From: Scyliorhinus canicula
Lineage: Eukaryota
Length of the DNA stretch: 64,000 bases
Assembly (NCBI RefSeq): GCF_902713615.1
Contig: NC_052164.1
Location: 40,225,091 to 40,289,090, forward strand
Direction: 5' to 3'
Part shown: positions 22,196 through 33,005 of the stretch, one piece after another
Numbering within the stretch: the first letter of the stretch is position 1
Layout of the letters: every line of letters starts with the position of its first letter
Translations under genes and position numbers: made by a program
The notes under the pieces: model-generated
Databases searched by the model: none
What the model saw: the letters and a program-made list of their open reading frames with translations, nothing else
Told to the model about the DNA's origin: nothing

Positions 22196-24330
22196 ATGGC
22201 TCTGGCGAGTATTTGGAGGATTGGGGCGGTGTTGTTCCTCTTGTCCGGGACCCTCAGTCTGGGCTGTGAGAGGCTGCAGTTACAGCAAGTTCTTAACACA
22301 GAGACACTCAGCAAACTGAATGAAATGGTGAGTTGAAGCTGGTTTCTGAGCAGCCTGTGAATCACATTGGGTCTAATTGCTGTGAAATGTTATTTCTGGA
22401 GAAATAGTTTGGGGTTTTTAATGAGATTTTAATTTACTCCTCTCAGGGTGGTTCCTTTCCCAGACACTGTATAAAACACAGGCACGCGCTGAAAACCAAG
22501 CCCTTGAACCTGGTGAAACTTTCGAAGGGATTAGAGGTGAGTGTGACAATGGTAGCAGCTTCTGTCGTTACATTTCACTCTGTAGTTAGAGCAACAACCT
22601 GATCGGAACCGGGAACATCAGGAATTTTCAATTGAGAGATTTGCACCCATTGTGATAATGATAGCAGCTTCTGTCGTTATATTTCATTCTGTATCTCACC
22701 CATGAACTGTGTCACTCTCTCTTCCCGCATTCACTATCTCACTATCTCTAACCCCAGAAAATATGCCCCTGTCTCTCATCAACTCTTCATTGCAAATTAC
22801 TTTCTTGTTGCAACTATCGGATTGCTTGAACTATCTTAATCTCCCAATGTCACTGTTTCTGAGCCTGTCATTCCTCTGATCAACAATTTCCTCCCGCAAA
22901 ATATAATTATACTTAAAATCTGTGGACATATTTTCCAGAGTATTTCCACTTCAGATTGACATTAAGTGCAATCTTACGTGTACAATGCAATTATAATATT
23001 CCTAATGTTAACGGAGCACATCTCGTGTCAGATATATAGCTTCAGTGCAAAACCATTCATGATTATTGCTGATAGATAAGATAGACAAGGAAAAACTTCC
23101 CATTAGTTCATGGTACAAGGTCCAGGAGACACATATTTAATATCCACTTAAGGACATCATCCCCAAAGCCACTTTTACCAAACCAGTTGGAGTCAGGGAA
23201 TTCAGAAATTGGACATCCACAAAACAATCTTGTCAGGTTTGTTTCCTGGTTGTTATTATTCGCGCGCGATCTCTGACGTTTCTTGCGGTCTTGGGCCGAG
23301 CAGTTGCCATACCAGGCTGTGATGCAGCCAGATATGATGCTTTCTATGGTGCACCTGTAAAAGTTGGTAAGTCATTGTGGACATTCCGAATTTAGGTTCC
23401 TGAGGAAGTATAGGCTTCGGTGGGTGGGTTAAAGTGGGTGGACCTGGACAGATTTTTGGTGATGTGCACACCTAGGAATTTGAAGCTGTCAACCATCTCC
23501 ACCTCAGCTCCGTTGATGCAAACAGGGGTCTGTATAAGACTTTGCTTCCTAAAGTCAATGACCGGCTCTTTTATTTTGCTGGCATTGCGGCAGAGATTGT
23601 TGTTGTTACAGCACTCCACTGGATTTTCTATCTCCCTTCTGTATTCTGACTCACTGTTGTTCCAGATCCGACCCACTGTAGTCGTGTCGTCAGCAACACT
23701 GTAGATGGCGGTGGAGCCGCATTTTGCCACAATCCTATGTGTATAGGGAATATAGTAGGGGGCAAAGTACGGAGTATTGCGTATTTGAGCATTTTAAGTT
23801 TGATTTATTTTTGTTCTTCGAAATAATTTATTCGAATTCTAAAGGTAACAGGTCTCTCTAATATCGTTTTGTATTCTGTACAGAAAGAGGATCAGATCCA
23901 GATTCTCCATCAGACCCTGCGTCACATCAGCAAGATCTACAGCATGAACCTGGGCTCAGTCACCTGGGACCGGGACACGGTGGAAAACCTCCGCCTTCTC
24001 CTGGACCGACAGCTCAGTGAGCTGGAAGAATGTGTCAGGAATCAGGGATCAGAGCACAAGATGAGGAGAAACTCCACCATTCATAATTACTTTAGGAAAC
24101 TGGAGAAGTTTCTCAATCAGGAGGTGGGACAATTGACAATTGACTGTGTGATTACTGGCTGGTCGATCATTTCACCCGATCAACATTAATTTATTTTCTA
24201 ATACACTTTCCTGAATAATTTTCTTTTTCAGAAATTCAGTGACTGTGCCTGGGAAATAATCCGCACTGACACCAGGGCCCGATTACAACAGATGCTTTTC
24301 ATAATGCTGCAAATCAGCAGAAGAAACTGA
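22196..24330 (+). CDS. Type I interferon A2, intact 4-exon gene, 186 aa
   Basis: Exons 22196-22327, 22447-22536, 23884-24123, 24232-24330, all GT-AG phase 0. Signal peptide MALASIWRIGAVLFLLSGTLSLG, then CERLQ...FPRHC...LEECV...CAWEIIR...SRRN*. Four Cys, one per exon. Confidence 0.93.
23258..23780 (-). mobile_element. Rex1/Babar-like LINE reverse transcriptase fragment in A2 intron 2 (copy about 46720-47243)
   Basis: ADDTTTVG...ESEYRREI...NNNL...KIKEPVIDFRK...VDSFKFLGVHI in ORF 23392-23730. Confidence 0.75.
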
Positions 24331-25465
24331 TAAATACATTGGTCCAGAATGGGAACAAAGAATGTTTATTTTGAAGACTTTTCATGTGCAGCTATATTTT
24401 ATATGGATATTTGAAATTCATTTTATACTTTATTGTAATGATGAGAGAATAATGAGTGACTTGATGAAATTGTTCACTGTCTTTATTTATTTAATTTATT
24501 GATACCTACAGCCGCGTTATTGTGGGTGGTGAGTCTGGTTTGAGAATTGTCTGTCAGGCTTTCAGGATATGGGTTTCCAGACCTTTCCTAAATGGACAAC
24601 ATTTCAAACTATATCAGGCTCTTTAATTGATTGATATTTATTTTCATGATGTTTTTGTAGAATGAAATGTTAGAATTTTATTTAATGTGTAAAATGAGTT
24701 AAAAATGTTAATTTATTGATATTTATTAAGAATTGGGTTGTAGAAAATGTTTATCTAAACTGGAAAATTTTATACTGAATGAGAGCATGTATTTATATAT
24801 TTAATATTTATAATAAATCGTTTTTAATATTACACATTTCTAAAGTTATGTTCATTTTTGATTTCTGTCGGTTTGATTTCCACATTACAAATGGTCTGAA
24901 TTCTCCTATCTGCTGCCTGTTACTGTTGCTCATTCTCTGCTCCATTTTCCATTCTCTCCATCCTCTGATTTTCCCTCACCTGGCGGAATTGTAAATTCAT
25001 TTTGAACTCAACTTGCCCAGGTTCTTATATTTTCTAAACTTCTGCACCTCAACAATATAGTATCATGGAATCCCTACAGTGCAGGAGGAGGCCATTCAAC
25101 CTATCGGGTCTGTCCCGACCCTCTGAAAGAGCATCTTGACGAGGCTCACTGCCCTCACCTATCCCTGTATCCCCGTAACCCTACTTAACCTGCACATCTT
25201 TGGACATTGAGGGAAAATTTTAACAGAGCCAATCTACCCAACTTGCATGTTTTTTGACTGTGGGAGGAAACCAGAGGAAACCGAGGCAGACAGGGAGAGA
25301 ACATGCAAACTCCACACAGACAGTCACCCAAGGCTGAAATTGAAGCAGTGTCATGTGTGCCGCGATACAGTAGCATTAACCACTGTGCCACCATGCCATC
25401 CTTTGATGAAATTCTGGCACTGAGGCTGAGAGGACTTGGTATGACATCCAGAATAAGAAAGTGAA

Positions 25466-26807
25466 CTGGGCGGCTAACATAGCCATGATAAGGAAGTTGA
25501 TGGTGGGCACGGGGTCTATCTGGGAGCGGGTGGAGGCAGCTTTGTGCAGGGGCACCAGTTTGGCAGTCCTGGTCATGGCTCCTCTACCGCTGTCGCCGGC
25601 CAAGTACTCCACCAGCATGGTAGTGGGGGCGGCCCTGCGGATATGGGGCCAGTGGACGAGGCATGTAGGGGAGGTAGGTGCGTCGGTCTGGGCTCCTATA
25701 TGTGATATTGATTTGCCCCGGGAACATGGATGGAGGTTTTCGAACATGGGGTTGGGCGTTGGGAGGAGTGTGGGCGATATGTTCCTGGAGGGGAGCTTTG
25801 CGAGTTTGAGGGGCTTGGAAGAGAAATTTGAGCTGGCAAGGGTAAATGACTTTAGGTACTTACAGATGCAGGACTTTGTCCGCAGACAGGTCCCATCCTT
25901 CCCACGCCTCCCGCCAACGGGGATTCAGGACAGAATAATCTTTTGGGGAGAAGGAGTCTCGGATATTTACACGGTGCTCATGAAGGGGGAAGAGTCCCAG
26001 ACGGAGGAACTGAAACTCAAATGGGAGGCGGAGCTGGGTGGGGAGATGGAGGACAGGCTGTGGGCTGAAGCACTGAGTAGGGTAAACTCAACCGCAACAT
26101 GTGCCAGGCTCGGCCTGATTCAATTTAAGGTCGCACACCGTCCCACATGATGATATCTCAGATGAGCAAATTATTTGGGGTAGAGGACAAGTGCGCTAGA
26201 TGCGCGGGAGGACCAGCGAACCATGTTCACATGTTTTGGGCATGTCCTAAGCTTAGGGGGTACTGGGAGGAGTTTGCGGGGATCATGTCCCGGGTGCTTA
26301 AAACAAGGGTGGTGATGAGTCCAGTGGTGGCAATGTTTGGGGTTTCGGAAGACCTGGGAGTGCAGGGGAGGAAGGAAGCTGATGTTTTGGCCTTTGCTTC
26401 CCTCGTACCCCGGCGGCACATACTGCTGGCATGGAGGGTCTCAAAACCCCCGAAGACTGAACTATGGCTTTCAGACATGGCTAGTTTTCTGGGTATGGAA
26501 AAAATTAAGTTTGCCTTGAGGGTATCTGTACTGGGGTCTGCCCGAAGTTGGCAACCATTCATCGACTTCTTGACGGGAGAGTGAATGTCAGCAGGGGGTG
26601 GGTGGGGGGGGGGGATTAGAGTAGAGTAGTGGCGATAAATAGGCAGGCACTGTCTATGGGAGAGGAGCGGGCCTGTGCAGTATGGGTCGATTGAGGCGTT
26701 GATTTTACGTTGGTTTTTGCATATTTTTGTTTTTTTTTACTGTTTGATATCTGTAACTTTTTACAATGCCGAAAAGTACCTCAATAAAATTGTTTGTTTA
26801 AAAGAAA
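25466..26807 (+). mobile_element. Same L1/Tx1-clade insertion, unit 2
   Basis: ORFs 25461-26150 and 26147-26584; same TSD. Confidence 0.88.
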
Positions 26808-29054
26808 AGAATAAGAAAGCGAAAGATGAAGGCATTAATTCAGAAGGGACAGGGAGAAATGGGATTGAGTTTGGAGATGTTGCAGTGTTGAGGTGACAAT
26901 TTTGCGATCTAATGATGCAGAAGTTCAGGCTTATGCTCAGAGGATGTTGGTGAAAATTACACACTTTGATGGGATTTGAATTTAGTTAATCAATCGCAGT
27001 AATAGTAAGCACGATATTGTACAAAACACTTTCCTGATGCACTCATGTCTGTTCGGGAAGGAAATTGATGCCCCATCCCCGCTCTGGCCTACATGTGGCT
27101 ACAACAATGTTATTGCCTCTTCACAGCCCTCTGATGTGGCCTAGGAGCCATGAACCTCAAGGGCAATTAGGCATGGGCAACAAATGCTGGCCTGACTGGT
27201 GATATGGAATTGATACGATAGAATTTTGAATACTGACTGTATGACATCAGAACACAAGGAGGAGCAGACCAATTCTGTTCCACCATTCAATTTTGTCTTA
27301 AGTGATCTGATTGTGGCCTTATCCCATTTCCTACTTACCCCCATCACTTTTACTCATTTGTTGATCAGACAACTGTCCAAATCGGGCTTGGATGTATTCA
27401 ATGATCCTGGCTCTGTGCAGGTTGCAGAATGTGAAAGATTAATGGCACTTGGAGCAATCAGAGTTTACAATCAGATCGGAGAGGATGTTATCGAATGGTG
27501 GGATAGGATGGTGAGGACGAGTGGCCTATGATGCTCCTAATTTATATGTTGGGGTGTTTTTCTGTTCATGATCACAACACTGGTTGTTGATAGGTGAAGC
27601 ACAAATTGGCAAACGTGTTTCATATATTACGACAGTCACAATGCCTCAAATGTACTACATCAGCAGTCGTGTACTTTGTGATGTTCTGTTGTCAGGAAGG
27701 GCGCTACATAAATGTAATTCTGTTTTCAAATCAAACACATATTGAAAACTGTCCCCACACAAAAAACCCACCTCAGCTCAGGATCAATGGATCATCGCTG
27801 AAATTGTTTACAGGCCTTCGATAGGCTCCAAAAACTAGTTTTGACAATTTGGGTCTGAGGACAGATTTAGTTTCTGAAATTAACTTTTGAATTTGAAAAC
27901 AGAAAGACAATTACACCCCAGTGTCACCAGACATTGAGCCTGTATTATTTTCAGTAATGTTGAATCAGGTTTCCAACAGAGGTAAAATCGATACTGGCAT
28001 TAAAGTGCTTCTGCGTTTAAATAAAATTGCGCGTGGCAACAACCTTAAATACATGCATCAATATTCTCAGATATTTTCAAAAATTCAATGTTAATATGCA
28101 GTCTGATTTTGCTGGTTCATGGCAGATGTGGCGTTTGGTGATTGGCAATTATTTGGAGTGGAAAATCTTTCAGAGGGTCGGTGCAGATTGGATGGGCTGA
28201 ATGGCTGCCTTCTGCACTGTAGGGATTGTATGATTTTATGAATTAGAGATGAGAAGCACACAGTGACCTTGCCAGCGAACCTCACATCCCATCAATGAGT
28301 AAAATAAGTCAAATTTGGCACAGATTTCAGTGAGTGGACCTGAGATTTTATTTGGTAACGGTGGACATGGTGATTTCTATCCGAGTTCCAGCTGTGAGGG
28401 ATTGGGTGACATTCCCTGTGGAAGCTGGGATATCCCGAATATCCGGAACCCTTTCCCATTTCCCCCTCAGGCCTTTCAGTGACGAGCCGCTCGCTTCACA
28501 AACTCTCCTCCCTCTCGGAAATGACAAAACGCCCTCACTTTCCCTGAGGCACTTTCGCTTTTGGAACAAACTGACAACAAGGTTCATTTCCAGAGAGAAA
28601 CTGAGGCGGCCGCTTTCCCGGGAGAGAGAGAGAGAGAGAGAAGAAAGAAACGGGGTGAAAGGAGAGGGAAAGGAATCACTTTCACCCTCGGAATCGGAGC
28701 AGATGAAATATTCTTTCAGTCAAACTATTGAAAACGGCTCCAGAAAAGCAGCGGGAAATGAGCAAGTTGTGCCAGTGAAAGAGCAGATTGTGGGACAGCT
28801 CAATGGGAGCGGAGTCAGTGTCCATGAAGCGGGGAGCCTGGGCTCTGAGCCGGGCTCTCTGCAATGTTCAAGCTGTGAAGTGTGGAGAGGACAAGCGCGA
28901 TGTGAACACACCGGGTCCCGGTGCATTTCAGAGGCAATGGGGCCCCGGGTCAGCTCGGAAAGCCGCCGCACCGGATTCCCGCTCTCGGTGTCTCTATAAT
29001 CCGGATGATCAAATCCAGACCCCAATACATGTTCCCCCTGCAAACCCACCCCCC

Positions 29055-29485
29055 AATACTGAGCCTCCCTCTACACCACCTTATTGCCCCCCCCCAATAA
29101 TAAGCCTCCCTCTACACCACCTAACTGCCCCCCCAACACTGAGCCTCCCTCTACACCACCTTATTGCCCCCCCCCCAATACTAAGCCTCCCTCTACACCA
29201 CCTAACTGCCCCCCCAACACTGAGCCTCCCTCTACACCCCCTTACTGCCCCCCAATACAGAGCCTCCCTCTACACCACCTTACTGCCCCCAATACTGAGC
29301 CTACCTCTACACCACCTTACTGCCCCCCCCCACCAATACTGAGCCTCCCTCTACACCTTACTGCCCCCCCCCAATACTGAGCCTCCCCCTTCACCACCTT
29401 TCTGCCGCAAATACTGAGCCTCCCTCTACACCCCCTTACTGCCCCCCCAATACAGAGCCTCCCTCTCCACCACCTTACTGCCCCC
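29055..29485. repeat. Same minisatellite, 11 copies
   Basis: Units counted directly. Confidence 0.92.
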
Positions 29486-29897
29486 GGGTGATGTGAAGCT
29501 TCACAACACTGAGCTGGAAGCCAGCGCTGTTTAGTATTTTCTCGCAGGGATTTCCCTCTCGCTGCTTCCGGAGTCTCCAGTTTTCAGCTTCCTGACCTCA
29601 GAGAGAAACCGCACAAACTATTGATCTCCTGCAGCTCGAGCACAAATCCTCCAGCCCATTTTCACTTTTCCAATGTCATGTCCACACGTTAAAGGCGACA
29701 CCAGTGCCAGCTCCCAGCAGAGTCCACACTCACACTCACTCCATTCGGCAACACAGGCGCTCGCTCCCGGATCACAAGCGGTTCCCATTCGACTTTCCCA
29801 CTTTCATTCGCTTCACAAGAACCCTTCTCGCCGCTGAACCACGAAGCCGCCGCTTTCTCATCTTTCACATCGGTGTGTGACTCTGGCTCGGTTGCTC

Positions 29898-30029
29898 ATG
29901 GCTCTGGCGAGTATTTGGAGGTTTGGGACGGTGTTGCTCCTCTTGTCCGCGACCCTCAGTCTGGGCTGTGAGAGGCTGCAGTTACAGCAAGTTCTCAACA
30001 CAGAGACACTCAGCAAACTGAATGAAATG
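29898..30029 (+). other. Orphan IFN exon 1 (unit 2), open frame and intact donor; candidate alternative first exon of B2
   Basis: MALASIWRFGTVLLLLSATLSLGCERLQLQQVLNTETLSKLNEM|GTGAGT. No exons 2-4 of its own seen. Confidence 0.8.
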
Positions 30030-31024
30030 GTGAGTTGAACCTACAGCCAGAGCCGGAGTCGAATCAAACAGCGTCTGTATGTTTACAAAGTCATATCAGG
30101 AGAGGAAGAGAAATGTGTGAAAAAACACATCAGGTCTGAGCGGTGAATAGAAGCTGGACACTGAGGCGAGGAGGATTTACAGAAAGGAGGGATTGTTATC
30201 TGGGGGCGGGGGTGAAAGAGGATTCAGAAACAAGCCATTCACATCAAGAATCTGTGTTTAATGTAACCAAACAATCACAGTGTTATCAGGAACACAGTAA
30301 AGTAAATTTGACATCAAGTTACGTAAGAAGGTAAAAGAACAGATGGCTAAAAGCTGGTAAAAGAGGGAACTTTTCAGGAAGGTCTTGCCGTAGGAAGGGG
30401 AGGTGGAGAAATGCGGAAGTTTACGGAGGGAATTCCTAATTTTAACGCTGAGATAGCTGAAGACTGCGCCTCAAAAATGAACATTGGAATCCAGGAGGCC
30501 AGATCTGGAGGTGGACAGATATGTCAGAGTGTTTTCGAGACTGGAGATGATTACACACACAACAGAAGACTTAAAAACAAGTAGGAGAATTTAAAGATGA
30601 AGGCATTGCTTAACTCGGCGTCATAAATCAGCAAATTCAGGTACGATGAGAGAACAAGATTCATGATTTATGCCAAAATCCATCTCAGACATAAATTACT
30701 ACAGGTTTTGATTGGGGAGAATGTGGAAAGTCGATCAGGCAGGTGTAGGAGTGACCAAACGCGGAGGTAACAAAGCTATGGATGGAAATTTCAGCTTCAG
30801 AGTTGCTCAGCCAGAGAGGGGGACAAGTGTGATTGGGGGGGGGGGGGGGGGGGGGGGTGGGCAGTCTTACTTGTGGCGTCGATGTGGTCAGAAACTAATT
30901 TCAGGGTCAAATATCACACCTGCACATCTTGGGACTGTGATGTGGAGATTTCGGCGTTGGACTGGGGTGAGCACAGTAAGAAGTCTTACAACACCAGGTT
31001 AAAGTCCAACAGGTTTGTTTCAAA

Positions 31025-31059
31025 CACGAGCTTTCGGAGCGCAGCTCCTTCTTCAGGTG
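31025..31059 (-). ncRNA. Minimal type I hammerhead ribozyme motif, Penelope-associated (copies 54490-54524 and, with a stem II mismatch, 7673-7707)
   Basis: Minus strand: CAC-CUGAAGA-A-GGAGC(UGC)GCUCC-GAA-AGCU-C^GUG. Conserved core, stem II hairpin, palindromic AGCU stem III, stem I CAC:GUG. Confidence 0.6.
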
Positions 31060-33005
31060 ACCTGGTGTTGTAAGACGTCTTACTGTGCATCGTGGGACTG
31101 TGAGAGGAAACCGGAGCACCGGGAGGAAACCCAAGCAGACACGGGGAGAACGTGCAGACTCCGCACAATCACCAGAGGCTGGAATTGAACCTGGGTGTGA
31201 GGCAGCAGTGTTAATTACTGTGCCAGGTGCTGCCTCTATGATCTGCTGGTAACTTTAACCTCACTTTTCCTCTCTGTCCAAAGTAGCACAGTGGTGCAAA
31301 GGTCAGCACTGCTGCCTCAGGGCACCGAGGACCCGGGTTCGATACCGGCTCTGGGTCACTGTCTGTGTGGAGTTTGCATATTCTCCCCGTGTCTGCATGG
31401 GTCTCATCTCCACAACCAAAAGATGTGCTGGTTAGTTGGATTGGTCACACTAAATTGCCCCTTAATTGAAAAAAAGTAATTGGTACTCTATAGTTCTAAA
31501 AAAAACTTTTCCTGTCTGTCCCTCTCCCCCGGGACACACTTTTAGATTCCCCTTGAATATCTGCAATGACCGAGGGGATTGCTTTACTGAGGAAGCGAAT
31601 TCTAAAGATTAATGAGCCACTGAGACAAACAAATTCCTCCTTACTTCCATCATAAATGGGGAGTCTTTATTTTTAAACTGTGCACCTTAGTTCTAGAATC
31701 CTCTGGAAGAGGATGCCCTCCTGTCAGCTTGTATCCAGCCAACCCCCCTCAGATTCTGAGACGTTTCAATATTCGAATTAGTTTGATCAGCACACCGGTG
31801 TTTTGAGATGATGTCATTGAGAGGTAGCATGCAGCTGAGAAATGGGAGAGGTCAAGGATTGATTCTTAGGGGACACCAGAGGTAATGCAGCCGTCCTTCA
31901 GCAGGAAGAGAAGCCACTGCAGGAAATTCTCTGCCTACGTTGAGATAGATGATAAAAGCAAACGAGGACAGCCCCCTTCCAGCCCCATCCACCCAGCCTA
32001 AAACTTGACCATTGTGCAGAGGCCTGACCGACCCGTGTCAAGGTGCAGACATGATATGGAGATGCTGGCGTTGGACTGGGCTGAGCACAGTGAAAAGTCT
32101 CAACTGAGGAAGGAGCAGTGCTCCGAAAACTAGTGTTTGAAGCAAACATGTTGGACTTATCCTGGTGTTGTAAGACTTCTTAAGGTGCAGACATATAGAG
32201 AAGGATCTGAAGGGGAGGTTAACCTTTGTTACAGCCAAACCGTTCTAACCAACTGCCCCCTTATTGTGCCCTTGATGTGAATCCGTTCAACTTGAAGGAA
32301 ATCATCTGCTTTTCCAAAATTGATATTAATAATATTGATCCATATTCTTGGAGCTTTGAGTTAGAACCGGCCGCTGTTTGTGTTTTTCTATTTGGGCTCT
32401 TCCCGGCCCTGGTTGAGGAATTTCCAGCTTTCAGATTCCTTCCCTCACACTGGGAGCAGACTAACTATTCGCCTTGTAAAAGAAACAACCGAAAGCAGAT
32501 TTCACTTTCCCAACGTAACACCGCTGATCGCCAGACCCTCCTCTTAACACGGAGAGGATGCTAGAGAGAGATCCTCCCAACACAGNNNNNNNNNNNNNNN
32601 NNNNNNNNNNNNNNNNNNNNNNNNNNNNNNNNNNNNNNNNNNNNNNNNNNNNNNNNNNNNNNNNNNNNNNNNNNNNNNNNNNNNNNNNNNNNNNNNNNNN
32701 NNNNNNNNNNNNNNNNNNNNNNNNNNNNNNNNNNNNNNNNNNNNNNNNNNNNNNNNNNNNNNNNNNNNNNNNNNNNNNNNNNNNNNNNNNNNNNNNNNNN
32801 NNNNNNNNNNNNNNNNNNNNNNNNNNNNNNNNNNNNNNNNNNNNNNNGACTCGCAGGAGAGTTTAGGCGGTTACTCCTGCTGCAAGCGGTTGCATTTTCA
32901 CTCCCGGTGATTCTTTCGGTGAAAATACAACATTTGTCGGAGTTGAACCCGGTTACGGTCAGTGTGTGATCCTCAGCTCCGTGTCTCACTCTGGCTCGGT
33001 TGCTC

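Noticed and set aside
25461-26584. Functional host or viral gene
   Set aside because: 5'-truncated, frameshifted L1-clade ORF2 end with poly-A tail and TSD.
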